Assembly: GCA_002373615.1 (NCBI GenBank)
Contig: DFKU01000050.1
Coordinates: 1-61,148, forward strand
Origin: Alphaproteobacteria bacterium UBA3637
Lineage (GTDB): Bacteria; Pseudomonadota; Alphaproteobacteria; CAAHEQ01; UBA3637
Direction of reading: 5' to 3'
Length of the DNA stretch: 61,148 nt
This document shows positions 46,501-54,968 of this stretch, piece by piece. Position numbers and translations under genes: made by a program. The stretch's first letter is position 1. The number at the start of each line of letters is the position of its first letter. The notes under the pieces were generated by a model. It worked only from the letters and a program-made list of their open reading frames with translations. It was not told the DNA's origin and did not search any database.

Positions 46501-49500
46501 CTCCTGATAATTGATTTGAGGTATTGAAATAATAACGATTCATCATAACCGACCCAATTGTTTTATCTGATCCCAAAGAAACGACTGATCCTGTTTCAGA
46601 AACAATTCCCAATACGCGTCCTGATTCAATGCTGGAAACAAAAGGAGAAGGTGTTTTTTCAAGCCCTATAATCATCCCTTTACTGGCAACATAAGGGTCA
46701 AAACCTGTTTGGGAAATCCTTAAACCATTGGCCTCTAAAATTTCCCCTGACGCACCAATAAAACCAACAGATTTAGAGGCCTCATTAAATGCTGTTGTTC
46801 CAAGGGTTAAAAAACGTCCAATTATTTGACCATTCACGTCAAAAACATGTCCGTCCAAACCAACTGAGCCAAGAACTCTTGTCCCATTTTCAATTTTTCC
46901 ATCTGCACGCAACCATCCCATTAATTGCCCATTGGTGTCTATGGCAATTCCCGGCGTTAAGATCTGACCTATAATGGCACCATCAGCATCATACAAGAAA
47001 GAACTATTTCCTATAACCGCAATCTGTTCCCCTTTGCCGGAGAGAACCTCACCTTGCGAGCTAACAGTCCCCAAATATTCCCCCATTGCGTCCACAACAA
47101 CGGCAGAACTCACAATATTTCCCATGAAATTTTGGGAAAGATCCAACGCTTCACCTGATGGTAAAATCGTTCCCGACATACGTCCATCTGGCGCATTCAG
47201 TTCCCCGTGAAAATTTGTCCATCCCACCAATTTACCATTTTTATTAACAAACGGAGCCAGTGAAATTAAGGATCCTTTAATGGTATTATCTTGTCCCAAA
47301 ATCAAGCCAGTACCAGAAACAGTCCCAATAAAATTACCTCTTATATCATTGACTTGAAATTGATAAGCTAAATCATTTGCCATTCCCGATAATTTAGGTT
47401 CAATAGATCCCACGAAGCCTTGAACAGAAACACCCACCGAAATTGATGGTGCCACTTGACCCAATATTTGATTTTTATCAGAAATGGCCAAGCCATTTGT
47501 CAAAACCCGGCCAATTTTAATTTGCCGATTATCCAAAATTTCAGCACGATTATTTGCAAAACCAACATACTTTCCATCGCTGGACAAAACCGGACCAACA
47601 GGAACAACACCTCCGACCAATTGTCCTTCCATATCCGTCACAGAACCATTTGCATGAATCGTATAATTTCCCATAGCATCTGGACCAATCAAAATCCCAT
47701 TTGCATTCAATGTTCCCAAAAAAGAACCATCTAATTTTATAAAAGTAGAACCTTCCGGAATTAATCTTCCGATAATATCTGTTCCTGTCTGATTGATGAC
47801 TGTAAAGCCCGGTAAAACACGACCTAATTGTCCCCCTGATTTATCTTTTAAGCTGCCTGTCAGTTGATTGTATTGACCCAAAATTTTACCGCTATCTGAA
47901 AACACTGTCCCAGAAAAGGGAACAACCCCTTTTAATTGACCTTTATCCCCAATAACCCAACCATTGAAATAAACATCCCCTAACCAATTTCCATTTTCAT
48001 CATAGGCTTTATTGCCAACAGAAGTCCCCCCCAAGGGATAACCATTTTCATCAACTATGACGCCCCTTGTATTTTGACTTAAAACTTGCAATTTTTTTTC
48101 ATAAACACACCCAATGATTTGGCCTTTATTATCCATAATCTGGCCATCCAAACGAACACGCCCAATCACTTGATTTTGTGCATTGATATAAAGCCCAAGC
48201 GGCGTCACTTCCCCGCTGATATCTCCTTGTAAATTTTGAACAGTCTTGTCTGGATTGACACATCCATTTTTTACTCCCTCCGTTGATACGACATCACCAT
48301 TCATAGAAATGAGCCCCAATAAACGGCAGCCTTCAGCTATGGCTGTTCCCCAAGGAACAATAGCCCCTATTTGTCTTTTTTTATCATCAACTGCTCTTCC
48401 ATCTGGCGTTATATGTCCCAGTTTTTTTAAAGATAAATTCACAACACTGCCATCTGGATAGACGGAGCCTGTATGAGTGCATCCCCCTGAGGTAATTAGA
48501 CCTTCAGGCATCAAAGACCCCACAAACGTTCTGTGTGCAAAAGCCGTTCCATCTGGATTCATAATACCAATTTGTGTCGCTTTAAAATTCAAGGCTTTTC
48601 CTTCAGAATTCACAAAGCCAATAGGAGTCCCCTCCTCATCAATGATAATACCTTCACGAATCACAGAACCCAATTCATTCATCTGATTATCGACAATGGA
48701 TCTATCCAATAAAACATGACCAACAGTTTGATCAAAAGAATCTTTCACCTCACCATTTAACTTTACTTCACCCAAGGAACGGCCACCGGCACCAACCCCA
48801 ACACCACGCGGCACAACACCACCAACCAATTCCCCTTTATCATTAATGGCAAACCCCATAGGACGCATAAAGGCTATTTTTACTTTTGACTCATTGACGA
48901 CAGAACCATCCGGCATAATAAGGCCTACGTAATTCCCCATGGAATCGATCACTGCCCCCCAAGGAGCAACAAAACCAATAGCATTTTTATTAGCATCAAT
49001 AACTTGGCCATCTACCCGCGGATATCCCATCACCTTTCCTTTGGCATCCACATATACAGCAATACCATTATTGACAACAAATTTTCCAAACACATTCCCT
49101 TGTTCATTCATGGCTGGCATTGCATAAATTGCCTTACCAACAATTTTAAAAGTTGTGGGATCAATAATCGTGTTATCGTTCAATAAACGTCCCACAACTT
49201 TTCCTTCGGGATTGACCACATCCCCATTTTTGGCAATATCCCCCATCAATTCATTTTTTAGATCCAAAGGAACTTTTTTAGGTTCTGTGATTCCTATAAT
49301 TTCACCGGTTTCTTTATTCTTTATCAAGCCTTCCGGTGTTTTTTCAGCATCCGGATTATTGGGGTCAACGGGTTTTCCATCAGGCCCCAATCCTTCTTCT
49401 GGACGAGCTTGCGCTTTTTCTTTTTCTTCACAACAAATCACACAATCTTTGGAATCTGTTGATTGTGCTTTCAGCATCACTGTTGTACGTTCTTTTCTGA

Positions 49501-50023
49501 ACACAGAAGGACTGTGTTCCTGCCATTCAATAACTAAAGTATTTTGAATATTACGCAGTGTTTTCGGAGCCCAAGACACGTTAATTGTACATTCTTCATC
49601 TTTTGCCAAACGTTCTTTCTCCATGCAGGATCCAGACAGAACAAAACCATCCGGTTGTTCTTCGATTAATCTTTTACTGATTAATCTGATTGGAGCATTT
49701 TCTGCTTTTAAAACAATCGGAGCCTCCGCCTCAGATCCAATTACAACGTTAGGCGTCATAACCACTTCTGATGGTGTGACAACAAGTTGCGCATCCCCTC
49801 TGGAACTTAAATTAGGCAAACCGGCTTCTTCCGTGCCATTCGGGTCAATCGGTTCAACTGTCCAATCTCCCGGATCCCTGCGCACCCTTTGAGTTGCTTG
49901 TTTGGGTTGCATGCGACACCAAGCCAACAAAAAGAGTAAAGCAATAACAAGCCCAAAAACCAACAACAAATAGTTGGTTCTGCGTTTGGATTGAGCTGAT
50001 AAACTTTCTCTATTTGGTGCCAT
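43532..50023 (-). CDS. virB10: Giant VirB10/TrbI-family protein (2163 aa) with a ~1450-aa repeat insertion
   Basis: N-terminal TM (YLLLVFGLVIALLFLLAW). C-terminal ~215 aa carry the TrbI/VirB10 core (AIPAVLARSIDS...IPAGSRLIGTF...ISWNRLIRPDGSAFDL...GDAQGRGGVAAYLD). The middle is built of ~17-aa G-x-[VI]-x-[DN]-x-x-G-x-x-[IV]-G units. Confidence 0.85.
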   Translation of the reverse strand: MAPNRESLSAQSKRRTNYLLLVFGLVIALLFLLAWCRMQPKQATQRVRRDPGDWTVEPIDPNGTEEAGLPNLSSRGDAQLVVTPSEVVMTPNVVIGSEAEAPIVLKAENAPIRLISKRLIEEQPDGFVLSGSCMEKERLAKDEECTINVSWAPKTLRNIQNTLVIEWQEHSPSVFRKERTTVMLKAQSTDSKDCVICCEEKEKAQARPEEGLGPDGKPVDPNNPDAEKTPEGLIKNKETGEIIGITEPKKVPLDLKNELMGDIAKNGDVVNPEGKVVGRLLNDNTIIDPTTFKIVGKAIYAMPAMNEQGNVFGKFVVNNGIAVYVDAKGKVMGYPRVDGQVIDANKNAIGFVAPWGAVIDSMGNYVGLIMPDGSVVNESKVKIAFMRPMGFAINDKGELVGGVVPRGVGVGAGGRSLGEVKLNGEVKDSFDQTVGHVLLDRSIVDNQMNELGSVIREGIIIDEEGTPIGFVNSEGKALNFKATQIGIMNPDGTAFAHRTFVGSLMPEGLITSGGCTHTGSVYPDGSVVNLSLKKLGHITPDGRAVDDKKRQIGAIVPWGTAIAEGCRLLGLISMNGDVVSTEGVKNGCVNPDKTVQNLQGDISGEVTPLGLYINAQNQVIGRVRLDGQIMDNKGQIIGCVYEKKLQVLSQNTRGVIVDENGYPLGGTSVGNKAYDENGNWLGDVYFNGWVIGDKGQLKGVVPFSGTVFSDSGKILGQYNQLTGSLKDKSGGQLGRVLPGFTVINQTGTDIIGRLIPEGSTFIKLDGSFLGTLNANGILIGPDAMGNYTIHANGSVTDMEGQLVGGVVPVGPVLSSDGKYVGFANNRAEILDNRQIKIGRVLTNGLAISDKNQILGQVAPSISVGVSVQGFVGSIEPKLSGMANDLAYQFQVNDIRGNFIGTVSGTGLILGQDNTIKGSLISLAPFVNKNGKLVGWTNFHGELNAPDGRMSGTILPSGEALDLSQNFMGNIVSSAVVVDAMGEYLGTVSSQGEVLSGKGEQIAVIGNSSFLYDADGAIIGQILTPGIAIDTNGQLMGWLRADGKIENGTRVLGSVGLDGHVFDVNGQIIGRFLTLGTTAFNEASKSVGFIGASGEILEANGLRISQTGFDPYVASKGMIIGLEKTPSPFVSSIESGRVLGIVSETGSVVSLGSDKTIGSVMMNRYYFNTSNQLSGGMVSSGAAITPTLGMIGTVASDGQIYKAGKKTAIVTGTGLVYSPNGELMGGIYAPNVFIDKRGSFAGVTSGTAAVYKSGIQIGNKMAFRSALSTDNMWLGNTMPNGGIVDDIGTYYGVVSTVDGTIVGDKNVFAGRVLPDGSVAGVPEKAVFNSMPYAGHTVQQGLPIGLNQGFKVLGRTTILGDVVDNAAKKLFRITDNAYVVNKSGQKPPVVARVFPIMSAVSNDGDVMGIASYDGTVISYQGEVHGRVDNAGLVRLNDAESEIDELRIQGFLIPEGLVVNDCKIVGQTAYDGRVINGQGSVVGRIGRDMWAVDANGSKIGRVVRNNEPCISGKQLMGRTLPDSTVVDLNGVEIGCATNSGEMLAPNGEKLCTIVERGVIIDEKGNIIGWTRSDGSIYNGESNIGQVDESGTAYDWNGNKIGINVGGQNTIFSDSEGVVKYIQGGDDIVKGTNGEPIFVVPPKGQLTDPWGNSLPDIHTSYVPGLGYLSGCDLVGYDGQKIASLMADGTLRDENGDLIYTVTPDGQVFTPDGNYVESFRGIDVSVLLKQCGMSGMGKSNRPARAINIGSNTYMVNSDGTITDESGMIIGYLGDDGRPYTWDNKVMSDPVSGNRERPDIHTPFKPTQAQIDDFTDKINKRRQGMKTQRERGAGTLKISAKIKEMAKPKKDKDWTKAGVSGKSISTWPVDMTHVVLQGKAIPAVLARSIDSRYSDVPAIAIVETNIYGEEGRNILIPAGSRLIGTFGGEGENAVNGVAKLQISWNRLIRPDGSAFDLSGSNSGDAQGRGGVAAYLDEQLWNKYGTSVLSTLASSAVSYLMATNEEVTVQTNMQTGQQTQSQTMSQRSQAMNDARKQFIEKIGDILDDMIAKAQQTPPVIFVPSGTRLTVFPSQDLWLRTPEDDADYMDKNPPKEEDDSEYQAKTPQGINSWTQQRRSEQDEKMPASSNTDIPSNNQQEMETPIYDGTDRMPDISDRKVAPVPLEDKPLF

Positions 50024-50033
50024 TTAATTTCCT

Positions 50034-51707
50034 TTACTGAATTCGAACCACTGAGCAAGAAAATCCTCTGCGACCAATTTTGCGACACAAAGTATCGGCC
50101 GTTGACACATCTTTTACCATTCCTGCCCGCAAGCGGAAGACCTCCATCACATCCCCATCAGCCGTCGCATCTACGGAATAATAAGGCTCATAACCTGTTA
50201 AAATATCCTTATTTTTGGCATACACTTTATTCCATAAGGCCTCTAACTCTGAAATCTGGGAACTGGTACCAAATTCAATAGCAATAGATTCTGCTCCAAT
50301 ATTAGCCACAATATCCCCTTTCTTTTGAGAGGCCTCTTGAATCGCTTGGCTTGTCTGAGCACTTTGCCGCACTTCTTGCGGAATTGCACGTAAATTCTGC
50401 CATCCTTTTACACCATTACAACGTCCTGAACCTGTTTCATCATAGCAATAAGGTGCCGCATTTGTTGCATAAGGGTTATGAACCATCTCGGTCATCAGTG
50501 GCGTTCCATAAGGATTTAATCCTGTTGATTGTGGGACAGAATCGTACAAAACAGCCCCTCCCCCTGCCAATAAGGCGTTGGATGTTTGATGAGGGTTAGC
50601 GGTTCCTGGATTTGTTGGCATTCCTCCAACACTTTGCGTATTTGCAATTGAACCACTATAGTCTGTGTACTCCAGACCAGCAGCAGGATCCCGACGTAAC
50701 TTGATACAAATCAATTTTTTACCATTGCGCAAAACCAAATCCCCGATGGCTTCCACTACAATCAGACGACTGTTAGGACCACGTGCACGATAACCGACAG
50801 GAACCTCCGTGTCTTGAACCAATAAATTGACAATAGGACGTTGCGTCATCGTCAATGCCTTTGGTCCTAAATCAATATAGGTAAAAATGTTATCTCGCCA
50901 AATATTATCTGGCGCAATATCCACATCATCAGGATTTGGCAAAAACATATCTAAATCAAATTTAATACTTTCAGGATCCATCGGAATTGTTTTCAACCAA
51001 TCATTGGGTCCAGAAGAAGCCGTTGCCAACGAAGTTTGAGCTCCCGCCTTCCCATTTTTGACAGAACCGGAAACAGCCCCAGGTGCAGCCGCCATGGAAC
51101 TGGCACCATTTGCATCGACCATCTGCCCGCCATCAGCCGCGGGTGTCCATCGTGGTCCCACCAACACATCCACAACAGATTGTGTAATTTTATCTGTATT
51201 AAAGGTCTCACTGCGCAAATAGAAAACGTATCTATTCCCCGAACGACCAAAAATAATCATATTGCTGTCTACACCAATGTAGGAAGGATCCGCATAAACA
51301 AGTAATGAATTAGGCGCCACAATTTCCCCATTAAAAGATTCCGGCGATCCGATATGGACTTTTTCAATCAATTCCCAAGCAGGAAGATTGATCAACGTCA
51401 TCATCCCTTCACGCAACCGTACAGGTAAAACCGTATCGGGCGTCCAATTGTATTTAGAATATCCCGGTTTAGTCTGGCCCTCCCCCAAATGTTCCATTGG
51501 ATTATTCCAAGCTTTTTGTTGCATTCCCATAGAATGAATATAACTTAAATCAACCTGATCAAAAGAACCAGCATTTTGATTGATTGCATCCATCATTAAT
51601 GCGCTTTCTGTATCAGTTGGTGTTTGAATTTGCGCATAAGACACGAACGAAACCAAAAGGGAAAAAATCCCCCCCGCCAAAAATGGATAAATGGTTCTTT
51701 GTTTCAT
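50034..51707 (-). CDS. virB9: VirB9-like outer-membrane core protein fused to a C-terminal SPOR domain
   Basis: Signal peptide after the ATG at 51707 (RBS GGGAGGA). VirB9 N-domain (...LINLPAWELIEKVHIGSPESF...NRYVFYLRSE). VirB9 C-domain (FTYIDLGPKA...RPIVNLLV...LVLRNGKKLICIKL). The last ~85 aa (IAIEFGTSSQISELEALW...FRLRAGMVKDVSTADTLCRKIGRRGFSCSVVR) are SPOR-like. Confidence 0.75.
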   Translation of the reverse strand: MKQRTIYPFLAGGIFSLLVSFVSYAQIQTPTDTESALMMDAINQNAGSFDQVDLSYIHSMGMQQKAWNNPMEHLGEGQTKPGYSKYNWTPDTVLPVRLREGMMTLINLPAWELIEKVHIGSPESFNGEIVAPNSLLVYADPSYIGVDSNMIIFGRSGNRYVFYLRSETFNTDKITQSVVDVLVGPRWTPAADGGQMVDANGASSMAAAPGAVSGSVKNGKAGAQTSLATASSGPNDWLKTIPMDPESIKFDLDMFLPNPDDVDIAPDNIWRDNIFTYIDLGPKALTMTQRPIVNLLVQDTEVPVGYRARGPNSRLIVVEAIGDLVLRNGKKLICIKLRRDPAAGLEYTDYSGSIANTQSVGGMPTNPGTANPHQTSNALLAGGGAVLYDSVPQSTGLNPYGTPLMTEMVHNPYATNAAPYCYDETGSGRCNGVKGWQNLRAIPQEVRQSAQTSQAIQEASQKKGDIVANIGAESIAIEFGTSSQISELEALWNKVYAKNKDILTGYEPYYSVDATADGDVMEVFRLRAGMVKDVSTADTLCRKIGRRGFSCSVVRIQ

Positions 51708-51776
51708 CTTTCCTCCCAATTTTTATTTAAATCTTTTGACATCTTAATCCAAAATCATCAGAATGTCCACACTTTT

Positions 51777-52487
51777 TTAATTTGTGTCTTCATTTTCTTC
51801 TAAACTTCTGCGCCCAAATCTCGTAACCATAAAGCCCAATGGATTTCTGAGACGTTGAGCCCACGACATCTTCCTATGGGTTGGTTGAAACATAACTTCC
51901 ATCGTAATCAACCATTTTGAAGTATATTGTTCGCTGATTCTTTGGCTCATATTCACCAATTCAACTTCAGCCACCCACCGACTGCTATCCGGATATTTTT
52001 CTTGCCTATTCACCCGTAAAATACGAACATCACGCGTCAAACCATCTCTTTGAGCTTGTTCCAAACCTTTAATAGATTCTGTTTTAAAAAAGGTATCATA
52101 AACCGACGATTCACTCATTGCAAAAATCGGCCCATCAATTCCCCAACGTTTTTCCATCTCTGCAACATCTGAACTAATTCCGAAACGAGCCAATAAGTAT
52201 TCACGCACCAATGATTCTTGCAGGACTTTTAAATCTTCATCAGACATAGAAGAAAAATCAGGGCGCACGATTGAAATCACTTGATAATCTTTATTTTGGG
52301 CTTGCATATAAAAGGGTTGTACCCGTAACAAAGGGGTCAAACCAGACAAGGCAACAAGTATCAGTATATTCGCAATAAACGCCAGCACGGCAATCAAAGA
52401 AAAAGCACGGGCCATCCACAAGTATCGTTCTTCTTGCAAAACTTCTTTTTCTGAATACTGATCATTTGTGTTTTGTGGTTCTACCAT
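51777..52487 (-). CDS. virB8: VirB8-family protein (copy I)
   Basis: N-terminal TM, then LVREYLLARFG... and the C-terminal RNPLGFMVTRF motif. The ATG at 52487 is preferred over the GTG at 52517. Confidence 0.8.
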   Translation of the reverse strand: MVEPQNTNDQYSEKEVLQEERYLWMARAFSLIAVLAFIANILILVALSGLTPLLRVQPFYMQAQNKDYQVISIVRPDFSSMSDEDLKVLQESLVREYLLARFGISSDVAEMEKRWGIDGPIFAMSESSVYDTFFKTESIKGLEQAQRDGLTRDVRILRVNRQEKYPDSSRWVAEVELVNMSQRISEQYTSKWLITMEVMFQPTHRKMSWAQRLRNPLGFMVTRFGRRSLEENEDTN

Positions 52488-52504
52488 AAAAAATCCTTTT
52501 CCTA

Positions 52505-52681
52505 TTAACCAAGCCACTCAGGTAATTCGGGAGCTTTTTTCAATTCCAAACATGCACAGGGTGATTTTTTTAGTTCGGAATAATCTTTTCCAATCCCTAC
52601 AGGCTCTTGTTCATAAATGGAACCACACGCTACCAAGGCCAATACAGCCAATACAAGCAAAGTAACTGTTATTTTTTTCAT
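52505..52681 (-). CDS. virB7: VirB7-like small lipoprotein (58 aa), not in the ORF track
   Basis: My translation is MKKITVTLLVLAVLALVACGSIYEQEPVGIGKDYSELKKSPCACLELKKAPELPEWLG, with lipobox L-V-A-C. It sits between the two virB8 paralogs. Confidence 0.6.
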   Translation of the reverse strand: MKKITVTLLVLAVLALVACGSIYEQEPVGIGKDYSELKKSPCACLELKKAPELPEWLG

Positions 52682-52753
52682 ACAAAACCCTCCTTTTTTA
52701 ATATTTCCGCCTTAAATCCTAGCACAGAAAATAAAAAATAGCTAATCTTTTTT

Positions 52754-53386
52754 TTAATTTTTTGCAGATTTTACGTCTGCTTCTTCAAAACGTGTAAAAA
52801 CAAGCCCGTACGGATTGGTAAAAAAGGGAGAAAAACGACGCCGCGCCGAAAAATATCCGAATTCCAAAATGGCATTTTTTTCTTTGAAACGCACTTGATT
52901 ATCTGCTAAAACTTCGTACACATGAAATGTCACATCAAAACGGTTATTGGTACGTTCTAATCTTTTGATTTCAATAGATGATACAGAGTTTGGCAAGCCT
53001 TCAATTTTCTTTTCCAGTTCCTGAGCAAAATCACTATATACGGATGGCAATGAAAGTAAATAAAGAGGCCCTCCCCTACCCCAACGATACACCATTTCGT
53101 CTGGGTCTGGATATTGTTCATATCTGATAGACAAATAATAGCGCACCAACATTTCATCTATTTTTTCTCTATCAACAACTTCCATCGGTACAACAGTATT
53201 TAATTGGGAAAATTCATGCAAAGTTGCAGAATCCTTCGTCGCTGAAAAAATTTGGGCATTTACCTGTAATTCTTTTTCTGTTTGAAGAGCCGTCAGGGAC
53301 AGTAAAACAAGCACAGATAAAGACAAAAAGGCGCAAAATAAACTAACACGAAAAAAAATAAGTAACCTTAATTTTTTCAGTGCCAT
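52754..53386 (-). CDS. virB8: VirB8-family protein (copy II, divergent)
   Basis: TM helix, then MLVRYYLSIRYEQY... and the C-terminal FTNPYGLVFTRF. The ATG at 53386 is preferred over the TTG at 53413. Confidence 0.7.
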   Translation of the reverse strand: MALKKLRLLIFFRVSLFCAFLSLSVLVLLSLTALQTEKELQVNAQIFSATKDSATLHEFSQLNTVVPMEVVDREKIDEMLVRYYLSIRYEQYPDPDEMVYRWGRGGPLYLLSLPSVYSDFAQELEKKIEGLPNSVSSIEIKRLERTNNRFDVTFHVYEVLADNQVRFKEKNAILEFGYFSARRRFSPFFTNPYGLVFTRFEEADVKSAKN

Positions 53387-53400
53387 GGTACTCTCTTTCT

Positions 53401-54960
53401 TTAGAATTGACAATTTGCCAACAACGGCATATTTTCACGTTGTTTATCCATAACGGAATTAATTTGCTGATATGATTCCGCTATAATTTTATCCGTTGAC
53501 TTTTTTTCCCGCATCAACTGATCCACATTGATCGCATTGGTTTGCGTCAAATAGACTGAAGCTCCTTCATCTTTTTCCAGTGCCATCAAAGCAAGACGTT
53601 GTTGAACTGTTGGCGACATTTGAGAAACATGCAGTGTCTCTGACATATCAGCTGTGGCAGTTTGAGCTTCTGCTGACAAACGTGCGCGTTTTTGTGATTT
53701 CAATCGTTCACGACGTGCCACATAATCTGGATTTTCTTTGTCTTGTTTTTCTAATTGTTCTGTGTATTTATATGCTTCTTCAATAGCTTTTTTCTTCAAT
53801 TCTTTCAACTGTTTTTGAACACGCACATAATGTCCACGATTAGAAATATCAAAATCTGTTGTGTCTATTCCCAATTCATTCAACTTTTCAATAAATGGTT
53901 GAACCATTTTTTGTTGAGCTGCGGCAGTTCCTAGACTTCCTTTATCCATTGCATCAACCACCAAAGTTATTTCATATTCATTTTCTAAATCACTTTTTTG
54001 GCCAACTTTAGCTTCAACCGTTGGGGTCATACTTTTCCCAACAAACGCCTTTGACATTTCTCCGCCATCTGTATAATTTTTAAATTTATCATTTGACATT
54101 TTTTTCCATGGTTCCGGCAGCTCTGGAATTACATTTCCCGTCAAGGGATCAATTCGCACAATATCCTTCCAGTTAGGAAGTGCTTTGGGTGCTTTTGGCG
54201 GATTACCGCTCACCGCTGTTGGATTTGTTGGACGACGCCCCTGGCTGATTTCAGCGACATATGCTTTATGTGCTGATAAAACTGTATTATATTTTGCCGC
54301 ATTATGACGCGTTTCTTCATCCACTGCAGGGCGTCCCTTTAAAGGAGCACCGTATGCCACATTCAAATTTTCATAAAATTGATTCCATTCCTTTTCAAAC
54401 AAAGAAATTTGATCTTGCCATAAAGGAAATGATTCGCCAGAATTAACTTTTCCCCATTTTTCAGGGTTCGCATACACATCCATCATAATATCACGATTGA
54501 TTGTCCAACCGGCCATTTCATTTTGTTGGCGTTGTCGCAAGGACATTGTCAATTTATCTTGATTTTGATTTTCAATTTCCTTTTGTGAAACTTGACGTTT
54601 CTGCTCATAAGTAGCCATCATTTTTGACCAAACTTCTTCTGGGTTTTTAAAGACCTTCCCTAATTTTTTGACGTTGCAAGAGGTGATATTCTTTTGCATT
54701 TCTTTAAAAAGTTCCCCTTGTTTTTTCAAATTTGCAGAAGTTTGAGCCGTATCACGCAACCCAGGCATTTCATTCATTAAATTATGAATTAAAAATGCTT
54801 TTTCTAAAGCTTCATTTTCATCTGTTAAATATGTTGTAACTTGTATAGATTGAGGCTGAGGAGCACGGCTGGCACGCAAAGTAATACTGGCCATTGAAGG
54901 AAAAGAAATCAATCCAGCCAACATTAAACAAACACCTAAAGAAATCGTTTTTTTATACAT
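53401..54960 (-). CDS. Secreted coiled-coil protein (519 aa), T4SS-operon associated
   Basis: Signal peptide MYKKTISLGVCLMLAGLISFPSMA. Lys/Glu/Gln-rich helical regions. I see no VirB motif. Confidence 0.55.
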   Translation of the reverse strand: MYKKTISLGVCLMLAGLISFPSMASITLRASRAPQPQSIQVTTYLTDENEALEKAFLIHNLMNEMPGLRDTAQTSANLKKQGELFKEMQKNITSCNVKKLGKVFKNPEEVWSKMMATYEQKRQVSQKEIENQNQDKLTMSLRQRQQNEMAGWTINRDIMMDVYANPEKWGKVNSGESFPLWQDQISLFEKEWNQFYENLNVAYGAPLKGRPAVDEETRHNAAKYNTVLSAHKAYVAEISQGRRPTNPTAVSGNPPKAPKALPNWKDIVRIDPLTGNVIPELPEPWKKMSNDKFKNYTDGGEMSKAFVGKSMTPTVEAKVGQKSDLENEYEITLVVDAMDKGSLGTAAAQQKMVQPFIEKLNELGIDTTDFDISNRGHYVRVQKQLKELKKKAIEEAYKYTEQLEKQDKENPDYVARRERLKSQKRARLSAEAQTATADMSETLHVSQMSPTVQQRLALMALEKDEGASVYLTQTNAINVDQLMREKKSTDKIIAESYQQINSVMDKQRENMPLLANCQF

Positions 54961-54968
54961 CTTCCCCC

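Noticed and set aside
43532-50023. About 20 plus-strand ORFs of 60-130 aa inside the giant virB10 (for example 44325-44576, 48246-48461, 49155-49547), and similar antisense ORFs inside typA, dnaK, glgX, the GGDEF gene and others.
   Set aside because: They lie antisense to, or out of frame with, long ORFs that carry clear family motifs. They have no RBS and low-complexity translations, so they are shadow ORFs.
53401-54960. The 519-aa protein as the RvhB9-II (second VirB9) expected upstream of virB8-II.
   Set aside because: There is no VirB9 N- or C-domain motif. The sequence is a Lys/Glu/Gln-rich coiled coil. The position alone is insufficient.
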